A stretch of DNA of 63,663 nt, the filler included, from Candidatus Fermentibacterota bacterium (lineage in GTDB: Bacteria > JAFGKV01): NCBI GenBank assembly GCA_016928395.1. It is 5 parts of 5 records of this genome, joined end to end, with 100 filler letters (N's around TTAATTAATTAA, not from the genome) between each part and the next. Parts side by side here need not be neighbours in the genome. Positions count along the whole stretch, not along the records: positions 1 to 9,711 come from JAFGKV010000135.1; positions 9,812 to 14,255 come from JAFGKV010000136.1; positions 14,356 to 28,302 come from JAFGKV010000137.1; 2 more parts are not named here. One strand, written 5' to 3'. Within the stretch, counting starts at the first letter, position 1, and each line of letters begins with the position of its first letter. The position numbers and the translations under genes are program-made. Of the stretch, positions 8,556 to 17,359 are shown in pieces. The notes beneath the pieces were generated by a model. It was not told the origin of the DNA and ran no database searches. It worked only from the letters and a program-made list of their open reading frames with translations.

Positions 8556-9584
8556 ATGACGACGGACAGGACACACGCACGGGTCTGGTGGGCGGCCTTT
8601 TTCCTGGCAGTGCTCTTCCATGGGCTCGTGGTGCTCCTCGTGAATCTTGGGAGGCCCTTCGCCCCCCGCGAGGCCATGGCTGCCCCGCCACAGCCCATCG
8701 AGCTTGTCTTCGCCGCTTCGGCGGAGGAACCCCCTGCCCGCAGCGAACCCTCGTTTTTCAGCGAGCTTCCCCCGGATCGAGCCGACGAACCGCCCCAGCG
8801 GCCGGATTTCCTGAGCACGGTCGACAGCCGCGCCCGCGATCTCGTTCCCGATGGCGACGAAGCCATGCCGCTGCTGGCCGGCCTGTCGGAAGCCCCCCAC
8901 ATACGCATCGATCCGGGTACCGATGGGCTCACCGGCGCAGACGTGCCGGCCGAGCAGTGGCAGGAACCCGCGCCTCTCGACAGGCCGCAGGAGAGCCGCC
9001 AGCCGGCACAGGAGCCCGACCCCGCCTCGCTTCAGGTTCTTCACGAAGAAGACACCGTCCTCTCGCCGGATCGAGCCGATGCGCCGGGAGGCGCCTCCCG
9101 GGAGGCGCCATCGCTTGAGCCCCCCAGTTCCCTGGATCCTCGGGCATCCGCGTTCCAGCCCCAGGTTCCCCCCCGCGGGTTGGCTCGGAGGCCAGGTACG
9201 GACTTTTACCAGGTTGAAATGCACCGGCCCGAGGGGAATGCGGCCCTTCCCGGCTCCATCAGCCTCAATACCGTTGCCTGGGCGTATGCGCCGTGGCTTT
9301 CCGAGTTCTCCCGCAGACTGCAGCGAAGCTGGTTGGCCCCGGTGGCCTACTATATGGGCATCATCGACGGCGTCACGGAGATCGAGATGGAAGTGGCCCG
9401 GGACGGTGCGCTCATGCGTCTAGTCGTCCTCAATGCCAAAGGCCACGATTCCCTCCGCGAGACGAGCGTCTCGGTTCTGGAAGCCATCGCTCCCTATCGA
9501 CCCCTGCCGGATGACTTCCCCGAGAAAAGCCTCATCCTGCGGATCACTCTGGTGTATCCCTCCCTGCGCTCCCGGGGACGATGA
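8556..9584 (+). CDS. TonB/TolA-like energy transducer protein
   Basis: N-terminal TM with His (AVLFHGL), Pro-rich linker, TonB-C-like C-terminus (EVARDGAL, APYRPLPDDFP). Confidence 0.7.
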   Translation: MTTDRTHARVWWAAFFLAVLFHGLVVLLVNLGRPFAPREAMAAPPQPIELVFAASAEEPPARSEPSFFSELPPDRADEPPQRPDFLSTVDSRARDLVPDGDEAMPLLAGLSEAPHIRIDPGTDGLTGADVPAEQWQEPAPLDRPQESRQPAQEPDPASLQVLHEEDTVLSPDRADAPGGASREAPSLEPPSSLDPRASAFQPQVPPRGLARRPGTDFYQVEMHRPEGNAALPGSISLNTVAWAYAPWLSEFSRRLQRSWLAPVAYYMGIIDGVTEIEMEVARDGALMRLVVLNAKGHDSLRETSVSVLEAIAPYRPLPDDFPEKSLILRITLVYPSLRSRGR

Positions 9585-9611
9585 AGGGAAGACTCGCTCC
9601 GCTTTCTTCGA

Positions 9612-9703
9612 AGTGAGGAGATAGGAGTGAGGAGTGAGGAGATGTAGGGCAGAAGTCAGAAGCCAGAATTCAGCCCCAGGGTTCAGGGGTCGGGGTTCAG
9701 GCC
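9612..9703. repeat. Mosaic heptamer tract at segment end
   Basis: GAGTGAG/GAGATAG, CAGAAG(T/C) and GGTTCAG units; the last is the reverse complement of the CCTGAAC units in 2243-2340. Confidence 0.75.
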
Positions 9704-9711
9704 GGACAGCC

Positions 9712-9811
9712 NNNNNNNNNNNNNNNNNNNNNNNNNNNNNNNNNNNNNNNNNNNNTTAATTAATTAANNNNNNNNNNNNNNNNNNNNNNNNNNNNNNNNN
9801 NNNNNNNNNNN
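9712..9811. other. Assembly gap linker
   Basis: N44-TTAATTAATTAA-N44. Confidence 0.98.
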
Positions 9812-10195
9812 ACGCTCACCGGCACGGCGGTGTTGCAGAGATTCAAGGCCGGCCTCGATACGACGCTGCGGGGGAAGGTGCAACTCTGCGACGGAGCATC
9901 GAGTCAGCAGTTTGTCGCGAGAGAGCGCCAGGTCGTCTATGCACTCACCGCCATCACGGAGGCTTTGATCGACGGCGGAGCCCGCGCCGTGGAGGTGTCT
10001 GTCGAGGAGGCAGCCTTCAACGCCGTGGTGTTCCGTCTGCGCGTGAAACCGATGGATTCACACATCACATTTGGGAGGCCCGCGCGGCTTATCGCGCAGG
10101 CGGTGATACGGTCTCACGGGGGCAGCGCCAGCATGGAGCTGGACACTTTGGAGCCCTTCGTATCGTTGGCATTCCCCCACGGGAAGGCGACGTGA
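9812..10195 (+). CDS. 5'-truncated protein ending in a degenerate HATPase_c-like domain
   Basis: Frame open from the gap edge; IAQAVIRSHGGSASME...VSLAFP resembles a kinase C-terminus without N/G boxes; GTGA overlap with the next gene. Confidence 0.55.
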   Translation, partial: TLTGTAVLQRFKAGLDTTLRGKVQLCDGASSQQFVARERQVVYALTAITEALIDGGARAVEVSVEEAAFNAVVFRLRVKPMDSHITFGRPARLIAQAVIRSHGGSASMELDTLEPFVSLAFPHGKAT

Positions 10196-12687
10196 GTGCC
10201 TTGCGTCTCCTTCGCATTGCACTGATGTGCCTGCCGGTGTGCCTCTGGTGTGCGCCCGTTTCTTCCCAGCCCCCACCGGCGGCGCACGAGGGCGTCGAGA
10301 CACCGTACTTGCTGCGCCCCCATGGCATGCCGCTGGTCCGGGGCGCAGACGGCGCGATTATGATAACCGACCTCGACGGCGACGAACGGGACGAGATCAT
10401 CACCTGCCGCAGGTCAGGGCCCCAGACGCACGTTCTTGAGATCCGTGACGATACCGGCGCCCATGTCCGAGGCGTGCTCTCTCTTCCTGCATCGTGTCCT
10501 CTGGGGTGCACCAACGCCTTTGACCTCGATGGGGATGGCAGAGGTGAGATCCTTACCTCCTACGTGGCAGGCGACACGCTCTTCTTCGTTGTGACTGATT
10601 GCCATGCTGTCCTGCACACCACGGTGGTCGTTGCGGTGCGAGACTCCCTGAGGAGTTCGTCTGAGGTTCTCCAGCCATGGCTTCCGGGGCTCAAGCCGTG
10701 CGCAGTATTCGACTGCGATCACGACGGCGACACCGATATCATCTGCATCGGCGGCTCGGGTCGCAGCGGCGAGCCCCGGGGGGTGTGGGCCATCGATTGG
10801 GCCGAACGACGCGTGCTCTGGTACGCGCCCATGGGTGCGGCCACTTCTGATCTAAAGGTGGTAGCCGGTCCCCTGGGGGCGCCGTTGATCGTCGTCGGCA
10901 CCTACAGCGCAGCCAACGGCGTGGTCTGCAACGGTACCGATGACAGGCACAGTTACCTGATCCTCATCTCGGAAGACGGCCTTGTTCTTCAGACAGTGAC
11001 AATGTCCAGCAGGAAGTACACGGCAACCCGTCTTGCCATGTTATCGACGGATGATGGGCCCCACCTGATCACCATCACGGCATGTGGCGATCTCATCGAG
11101 CCGGAGCCTGCGGTGCTGCGCCTGTGGAACGACCCCATTGACAGCGTTGTTGCCTGGACTACGACTGAGCTGATCGATACGGATCCCTTTGTCGCTGACC
11201 TCGATGCCGATGGCAGTGACGAGTTGGTGCTCGCGACCCAGCGTGGGGAAGTGCAGGTCTACGGGCCTGACCTCTCCCTCAGGCGCCGTATGCCCTTCAG
11301 TCAGGGGAGATTGACCGTGTCTGCCGTGGCCGACTTCACTGCGGACGGGCGACCCGATCTGGTGGTCAACGGGGGAGTCGGATCGATGCTCGTGGAACCT
11401 CGCACGGCCGAGGTGCTCGCGGTCGCTGTGGGCCACAATGCCGTTGCGGTGGTACGGCATGGACGAGAACCGCCGACGCTGCTCACGAGAACCTCTGAGT
11501 CGTGGGTTGGGCTACGGGTAACCGGGAATCCCGCATGGCACAGAGACCACACGATTCATCTTCCGCTCGGCCTTGCGGGCGCGGGGGCCTTGGTTTTGTT
11601 CGTCCTCGGTCTGGCCGTCTCAGCCGTTTCCAGGCGGTGTAACGGGTCCTTCTGCCTTCCTGGATGTCACACTACCGGAATGGCTGTGATCGACAAGAGC
11701 GGCAGGGTAATGGAGGCCAATGCCGCGTTCTGGAACATGTTGGAGGTGACACCCGAATCGGGCACATCTGCCTCCTTGGATGAGCTGCTCGCCCAGCGCG
11801 GGGTGCTGCAGAGACCGGCAACGAAGGATCTGGTGTTCAGAACCGGGGCGTGGATCTCCCTCGATCTCGATGGGAATCCTTCCGGTGACCGTTTTATGAT
11901 CAGAGCATCACGCATCCCAGGGCCACGCAGTGCTCTGATAGAGATGCGGCGGCAGTCTGCTTTCCCCGCGGATGCACGACGTCTTGACTGGGCCATGATC
12001 GCGCCGCGAGTCGCCCATGACCTGAAGTCTCCCGTCTCCACCCTCTCCTTGGCCGTGGATCGGGCGATCCGGCTCGCCGATGAGGGAAAGCCCGCCGATG
12101 AGCTGTTCGACCGCATCCTGCGCCAAGTCGATCGAATAGACATACTCTCGCGCAATTTCCTCAAGGCCGCCGATCTCGAGATGCCTGCGGCATCAGTGAT
12201 AGACGCGGGCGATCTTCTGGCCGAGTCGGTGGAGCGTCTGCGGCAGCGCGTGCCTCCGGGCATCATCGTCATAGAGAAGATCGAGTCCCCGCTACCCTGG
12301 ATCCGCGGGGATCGAGAGCAACTGCTCTCCTCGCTAGAGAACCTCTACGAGAACGCCATTGCCGCCACCGAAGGCGCTGGGACCATCGCCGTAACGTGCT
12401 ACCGGATCTCGGCACTGCCCGGCTCGGAAGAACTGGTCCAAGACGGGATCGCCGTGGAGGTGCAAGATACGGGCAAGGGCATTTGGGCCGGTGACATGCC
12501 GCGGGTTTTCGAGCCGGGGTTCACCACCGCATCCAAAGGGACCGGCCTGGGACTTGCATTGACCCGTATGATAGTGACGCAGCACGGCGGCTCCATTGAG
12601 GTACACAGCGAGCCCGGTATCGGCACAACTTTCACTATCTGCCTGCCCGTGGGCAGAGCCATGCAGCGGGGAGAGACTCGGGTATGA
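10192..12687 (+). CDS. Sensor histidine kinase with extracytoplasmic FG-GAP/VCBS-like repeats, TM and PAS-like domain
   Basis: Signal peptide; five DxDxDG-like motifs; TM; H-box VAHDLKSP, N-box ENLYENAI, G1 DTGKGI, F/G2 FEPGFTT..KGTGLGL. Confidence 0.9.
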   Translation: MSALRLLRIALMCLPVCLWCAPVSSQPPPAAHEGVETPYLLRPHGMPLVRGADGAIMITDLDGDERDEIITCRRSGPQTHVLEIRDDTGAHVRGVLSLPASCPLGCTNAFDLDGDGRGEILTSYVAGDTLFFVVTDCHAVLHTTVVVAVRDSLRSSSEVLQPWLPGLKPCAVFDCDHDGDTDIICIGGSGRSGEPRGVWAIDWAERRVLWYAPMGAATSDLKVVAGPLGAPLIVVGTYSAANGVVCNGTDDRHSYLILISEDGLVLQTVTMSSRKYTATRLAMLSTDDGPHLITITACGDLIEPEPAVLRLWNDPIDSVVAWTTTELIDTDPFVADLDADGSDELVLATQRGEVQVYGPDLSLRRRMPFSQGRLTVSAVADFTADGRPDLVVNGGVGSMLVEPRTAEVLAVAVGHNAVAVVRHGREPPTLLTRTSESWVGLRVTGNPAWHRDHTIHLPLGLAGAGALVLFVLGLAVSAVSRRCNGSFCLPGCHTTGMAVIDKSGRVMEANAAFWNMLEVTPESGTSASLDELLAQRGVLQRPATKDLVFRTGAWISLDLDGNPSGDRFMIRASRIPGPRSALIEMRRQSAFPADARRLDWAMIAPRVAHDLKSPVSTLSLAVDRAIRLADEGKPADELFDRILRQVDRIDILSRNFLKAADLEMPAASVIDAGDLLAESVERLRQRVPPGIIVIEKIESPLPWIRGDREQLLSSLENLYENAIAATEGAGTIAVTCYRISALPGSEELVQDGIAVEVQDTGKGIWAGDMPRVFEPGFTTASKGTGLGLALTRMIVTQHGGSIEVHSEPGIGTTFTICLPVGRAMQRGETRV

Positions 12688-14051
12688 TCGAACGATCGCC
12701 ATCACCGCGTATTCTGGTTGTCGACGATGATCAGGAGCTTCGCACCACCCTATGCGAACTCCTGGCTGATCAGGGGTTCGGGGTGAGCCAGGCCTCCGCC
12801 GGCAGGCAAGCGCTTGAGGAATTCGCGAAGTTGGGTTGCGACGCGGTGTTGCTTGACCTCCAGCTTCCCGATGCCGATGGCGTCACAGTACTGGCCGACA
12901 TGGTGCGGTCGAGGCCCGATGTACCCGTGCTTATCATCACGGGCCACGGCTCCGTAGCTCATGCGGTCGAGGCCATCAAGGCCGGCGCCCACGACTTCAT
13001 GGAGAAGCCGCTGGATACTGAGCGCCTTCTGATCACCGTGCGCAACGCCCTTGCCTCGCGGACCTTGCGACTGGAGCGCGACGGGCTTTTGGAGCATCTC
13101 CGCGAGGAGTACGGCATGACCGGCTCCAGCGCGGCACTGGAGCGGATACGGGCTGCCATCGACCGGGTGGCGCCGTCGGGCGCGACCGTCCTGATCACCG
13201 GGGAGACCGGCGTGGGCAAAGAACTGGTTTCCCGGGCGATCTACGCGCACAGCGCCAGGGCCTCGAAGCCATTCGTGAGCGTCAACTGCGCGGCCATACC
13301 GGAGGAATTGATCGAGAGTGAGCTATTCGGTCACGTCAAGGGTGCGTTCACCGGTGCGGCCGTGACCAAGAAGGGCAAGTTCCACCGGGCACACGGGGGC
13401 ACCATTTTCCTCGATGAGGTGGCCGACATGAGCCCCCGCGCCCAGGCCAAGGTGCTGCGGGCCATCGAAACCGGTGAGGTCGAGATGGTGGGCGCGACCC
13501 AGCCTGAGGTGGTAGATGTGCGCATTCTGGCTGCCACGAATAGGGACCTGGCCGAGGCGGTGGCTTCGGGTGTTTTCCGCAAGGATCTGTACTATCGACT
13601 GAATGCCGTGCGCATCGACATACCGCCGCTGAGGGATCGCGGTGAGGACATCGTCTCTCTGGCTGCTCACTTCATGCAGCAATTCTCGGGTGACCACAAC
13701 ATCCGTCAGAAAGCCTTGGATCCATCGGCAAAGAACGCGCTCCTGGCTCATTCCTGGCCCGGGAATGTCCGGGAACTGCGGAACCTGGCGGAAAGGCTCA
13801 CGCTGATGGTCGACCATCAGCTCCTCGATGCGTCAGATATCGCCGCCGCGCTGGCCGCTACGGGCGTGAAGCCGGTGGAGGAGCCGCGAACTCCGGAGTT
13901 CTGGGAGGCGGTGCGGGGCTTCGAGCGCGAGCTGCTGGCTCGCACCCTGGTATCCCATGACTGGAAGGTCACCGAGGCAGCGGATGCACTGGGTTTGACC
14001 CCGGCCAACCTCTACAAGAAGCTCTCCTTCCACGGCATCAGCCGGCCGTAG
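12684..14051 (+). CDS. Sigma-54-dependent response regulator (NtrC family)
   Basis: Receiver (VVDDD, LLDLQLPD), GETGVGKE, GAFTGA, WPGNVREL, C-terminal Fis-type HTH. Confidence 0.95.
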   Translation: MIERSPSPRILVVDDDQELRTTLCELLADQGFGVSQASAGRQALEEFAKLGCDAVLLDLQLPDADGVTVLADMVRSRPDVPVLIITGHGSVAHAVEAIKAGAHDFMEKPLDTERLLITVRNALASRTLRLERDGLLEHLREEYGMTGSSAALERIRAAIDRVAPSGATVLITGETGVGKELVSRAIYAHSARASKPFVSVNCAAIPEELIESELFGHVKGAFTGAAVTKKGKFHRAHGGTIFLDEVADMSPRAQAKVLRAIETGEVEMVGATQPEVVDVRILAATNRDLAEAVASGVFRKDLYYRLNAVRIDIPPLRDRGEDIVSLAAHFMQQFSGDHNIRQKALDPSAKNALLAHSWPGNVRELRNLAERLTLMVDHQLLDASDIAAALAATGVKPVEEPRTPEFWEAVRGFERELLARTLVSHDWKVTEAADALGLTPANLYKKLSFHGISRP

Positions 14052-14100
14052 GCCCCGCGGAGCGAGGCGTCCACGGTTGGCCGCTGCGCGGCAGCCGTAG

Positions 14101-14166
14101 GCCGTCAGCTCTCGGCTAGCTGCTTTCGGCTGTCAGCTATCGGCGGTTGGCTATCGGCTGTCAGCT
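14101..14166. repeat. Degenerate GCT(A/G)TC(A/G) heptamer tract
   Basis: gctgtca/gctatcg units; the same family occurs inverted at 28132-28175. Confidence 0.7.
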
Positions 14167-14172
14167 TACTCC

Positions 14173-14255
14173 TGGTCAAGTCAGAACATGGGTAACGTTT
14201 CAGGTTCAGAACATAGGTAACACTTCGTCATTGCGCGGATGGCGATGGACTGGGA
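14173..14255 (-). mobile_element. Probable end of an IS481-family insertion sequence running into the gap
   Basis: Two 16-bp direct repeats TCAGAACAT(G/A)GGTAAC at 14181-14196 and 14206-14221; minus strand reads AAGTGTTACCTATGTT...GTTACCCATGTT, like IS481-type ends; segment breaks here. Confidence 0.6.
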
Positions 14256-14355
14256 NNNNNNNNNNNNNNNNNNNNNNNNNNNNNNNNNNNNNNNNNNNNT
14301 TAATTAATTAANNNNNNNNNNNNNNNNNNNNNNNNNNNNNNNNNNNNNNNNNNNN
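14256..14355. other. Assembly gap linker
   Basis: N run with TTAATTAATTAA. Confidence 0.98.
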
Positions 14356-15345
14356 CTGCTGCCGAGCGTCAATCCTCCGCCTGCCATTCCGTTTCTGCAT
14401 CGCGTCTTTCTGGCGCCGACCCCACGCTCTGCCACCATGCTGGCCGTGTCGCTGGCGCAGAGGATCCTGCGGCCGACGGTTCACCTCATGCACAAGGATT
14501 TCACGACCCGGGCGCTGTCCTCCTATGCGGCGCTTCCCCCCATGGAATGGCGGCGCTACGCGACACATGACCACCGGTTGCCTGGAATGACGCCTGATCT
14601 GAGAATCATCGGCGATGAGAAGGCCCTGGTCTATGAAGGCACTGTTGTGGTGCGGTTCAAGGGTTGTGTCGGAAACATAGGCCAGGCCGAAGCCAGCGTC
14701 CACGAGGACCGCTTCTTTGCCTCAATGGGAATGGCGTTTCTTGACTTCGTTCCGGATCTTTGCTGTGGCTTCCCCTTTCTTGCCTCGGGAGATCGCTCCT
14801 CGGCCCGTACCAGCCGAGAGAGACTATGGGAACGAATCCACGCCGCCGCGCGGTCGGCATGCGAGGTTCTCAACACCGAGAAAGTGGTGGTAATGTCGAG
14901 CTGTCCGACATGCCAGGAGTCGTTGCGACGGGCGCACCTGGAGCAGGGTGCCCCTCCGCATCTGTGCATAGCTGACCCGGCCCAGTACGCAAGGGAGCGT
15001 GCGAAGATCATCCATCGTCCGACGACACGCCGGGTCGGCCTGAAGGTCCCCTGTCATGCCATTCCCGAAGCCACGTCGTCCCAGGAGGCTTTGTTGAGGG
15101 AGCATGGATTCACTCCGGTTCTCCTGCCCCAATGCTGCGGCATGGCCGGGACCGGCCGCCTTCGGCACCCCGAGGTTGGACTCGTGCTGGCGGAGAGACT
15201 GGCGGCGGCTATTCGGGATGCCGGCGTGGACATGGTGGTCTCGGGATGCCCATCGTGCCGCGATGGGATGCAACTCCAGGCCACGATTGATGGGGCACCT
15301 CTCCGGGTTGATGACATCTACGGGCTGCTAGTGGAGGCCTCATGA
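14356..15345 (+). CDS. 5'-truncated Fe-S oxidoreductase with two CCG domains (GlpC/GlcF-like C-terminus)
   Basis: Frame open from the gap; FKGC, CCGFP, SSCPTC, VPCH, CCGMAG, SGCPSC. Confidence 0.8.
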   Translation: MLPSVNPPPAIPFLHRVFLAPTPRSATMLAVSLAQRILRPTVHLMHKDFTTRALSSYAALPPMEWRRYATHDHRLPGMTPDLRIIGDEKALVYEGTVVVRFKGCVGNIGQAEASVHEDRFFASMGMAFLDFVPDLCCGFPFLASGDRSSARTSRERLWERIHAAARSACEVLNTEKVVVMSSCPTCQESLRRAHLEQGAPPHLCIADPAQYARERAKIIHRPTTRRVGLKVPCHAIPEATSSQEALLREHGFTPVLLPQCCGMAGTGRLRHPEVGLVLAERLAAAIRDAGVDMVVSGCPSCRDGMQLQATIDGAPLRVDDIYGLLVEAS

Positions 15346-16004
15346 GAAACCCGTGGCGAGATCAAGTAATGAGAACGCTGGCGGCACTCCAAGGCATCAC
15401 CGAACCTCGAGACAGACTGGCGGCCGCATCCGGACTTCTGTTGGGAGCACGATACCGGCGCAACCCTCTGGGAGGGGGCCCGGGCCTACCGGAGCGAGGC
15501 GTGGTGACCCTTTCCTTCTTCGACTGCGTCACCTATGTGGAATCCGTAGCGGCATTGGCACTATCCAAATCGCCCGATGACTACCGTCGCCATCTCATGA
15601 AGTTGCGGTACGGAGCCAGGGCGCCTTCGTGGCTGAACCGCCTCCACTACTGGTCGCAGTGGTCCGACGTTCACGCCCGTCGAGGCATCATCCGTCCCGT
15701 GACGCCAACCCGGGACACCGTAAGGATTCGTCGCAGCCTATCAACGATCAAGAGTGTCCCGCCGGCCGCGGTGGAACTAGTGCTTCACCCGTGGTCGTCC
15801 GCCATTCCGGAGGCTGACATCGTCGGGTTCGGATCGCAACGGGCCGACCTAGACGTGTTTCACGTAGGAATCCTTCGGCGAGACAGACTTCGACACGCGT
15901 CCCGCCGGGCCGGCCAGGTCATCGAGGAACCGCTGGCCGATTTCCTTACCCGAGAGCAGGGCAGTGGCCTCCTTCTTGCACGCCTCCAGGGAGGTGAAGA
16001 ATGA
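15342..16004 (+). CDS. DUF1460 / AmiA-like N-acetylmuramoyl-L-alanine amidase (NlpC/P60 fold)
   Basis: LLGARY..NPL, FDCVTYVE (catalytic Cys), RLHYWSQW, DLDVFHVG, LRHAS; no signal peptide. Confidence 0.8.
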   Translation: MRNPWRDQVMRTLAALQGITEPRDRLAAASGLLLGARYRRNPLGGGPGLPERGVVTLSFFDCVTYVESVAALALSKSPDDYRRHLMKLRYGARAPSWLNRLHYWSQWSDVHARRGIIRPVTPTRDTVRIRRSLSTIKSVPPAAVELVLHPWSSAIPEADIVGFGSQRADLDVFHVGILRRDRLRHASRRAGQVIEEPLADFLTREQGSGLLLARLQGGEE

Positions 16005-17359
16005 AGGACCTCGTCGTCTGGAGCACGCCGGAGACCCTGATGCAGCCTGAAGTCTCCCCAGGATTTCACCATCTTCAGGCCGCGTCGTGGCCCGCGCTTA
16101 GATCATCCCTTTGGGAAGCTGCGGAGTCGTCGGGCGAGTTTCTCGGCATGATCTGGTTTGGCGGCCGAGTGGAGGTCTCTCCTCACGCATGGCAACGGTG
16201 CAGATCCGCCGCGGACAGCGGCGCCGATCTGATCTATGGCGACTACCGAACTCCACAGGAGCTAGTGCGCACGCTGGATTCCGAGCCAGGCAGCCTGCGG
16301 GAGGAATTTGACACGGGCCCGCTGTGGTGTGTGCAAAGGGAAGCTCTCCGGGCCGCACTGAGCGAACTGCCCGATGCGATCAGCTCTCCCTCGGCCGTCC
16401 GCTATGGGTTGCGCCTGGCGTTTCTGCGCGGCCGCACGTCACGCCTCCCCGAGCCACTGACACAGGTCCAAAAAAGGCCAGGGGATGACCTCTTCGGCTA
16501 TGTCCGCGCCGATGCCCGCATCGAACAGGCCGAGTTGGAGACCGTGCTGACCGACCATCTCCGCCGGATAGGAGCCTGGCTGCCGCCTCGAACCGCCCCC
16601 TACGGGGATGACGGCCCGTATCCCGTGCATGCATCGGTGGTCATACCGGTTCGCAATCGGGCACGCACCATCGGCGATGCGGTGGCCAGTGCCCTTCACC
16701 AGAAGACGGGTTTCTCGTTCAATGTCCTGGTGGTTGACAATCACTCCGCCGACGGCACACCCGCCCAGGCGAGACAAGCCGCTGGAGGTAATGCCCGTCT
16801 ACACGTGATCATCCCCGACCGGCATGATCTGGGCATCGGAGGCTGCTGGAACGTGGCGTCGTGCTCGCCTTTGGCAGGGCGGTTTCTGGTGCAGCTTGAC
16901 TCCGACGATGTCTACGCATCCGACCAGTCGCTGCACACCATGGTAACCCTAATCGATTCCGGCCCATGGGCCATGGCCGTCGGCGCCTACACGACAGTAG
17001 ACATGGCGGGCCGGGAAGTGTCTCCCGGCCTCGTGGACCACCGCGAGTGGACTGCTGAGAACGGCCACAACAATCTCCTTCGCGTCTCTGGCATCGGCGC
17101 CCCCCGGACGCTGGCTACGGCCTTCGTGCGCGCGTTCCCCTTCCCCAATGTGAGCTACGGGGAAGACTACAGCATGGCGCTACAGGTATCACGCCGGCAC
17201 CATGTCGCGCGAACGCATGAATGCGTGTACTTGGCACGACGTTGGGAGGGCAACACGGATCACTGTGTCCGGCCCGAAGTGGCCAGGGATCGGGAAGCCT
17301 ACAAGAACCGATTGCGAACCATGGAGATCCTGGCCCGCGCTAAGGAGGGCACGTTGTGA
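16001..17359 (+). CDS. Glycosyltransferase family 2
   Basis: ASVVIPVRNR, VVDNHSADGT, QLDSDD, SYGEDY; degenerate N-terminal GT-like half. Confidence 0.88.
   Translation: MKDLVVWSTPETLMQPEVSPGFHHLQAASWPALRSSLWEAAESSGEFLGMIWFGGRVEVSPHAWQRCRSAADSGADLIYGDYRTPQELVRTLDSEPGSLREEFDTGPLWCVQREALRAALSELPDAISSPSAVRYGLRLAFLRGRTSRLPEPLTQVQKRPGDDLFGYVRADARIEQAELETVLTDHLRRIGAWLPPRTAPYGDDGPYPVHASVVIPVRNRARTIGDAVASALHQKTGFSFNVLVVDNHSADGTPAQARQAAGGNARLHVIIPDRHDLGIGGCWNVASCSPLAGRFLVQLDSDDVYASDQSLHTMVTLIDSGPWAMAVGAYTTVDMAGREVSPGLVDHREWTAENGHNNLLRVSGIGAPRTLATAFVRAFPFPNVSYGEDYSMALQVSRRHHVARTHECVYLARRWEGNTDHCVRPEVARDREAYKNRLRTMEILARAKEGTL

Noticed and set aside
8325..9224. Minus-strand ORFs ending in STANREP/RTVNRQP peptide repeats
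   Set aside because: These are translations of the heptamer DNA array, antisense to real genes.
9756..9767. TTAATTAATTAA palindrome repeated four times
   Set aside because: Always centred in a 100-bp N block; an artificial contig linker with stops in all frames.
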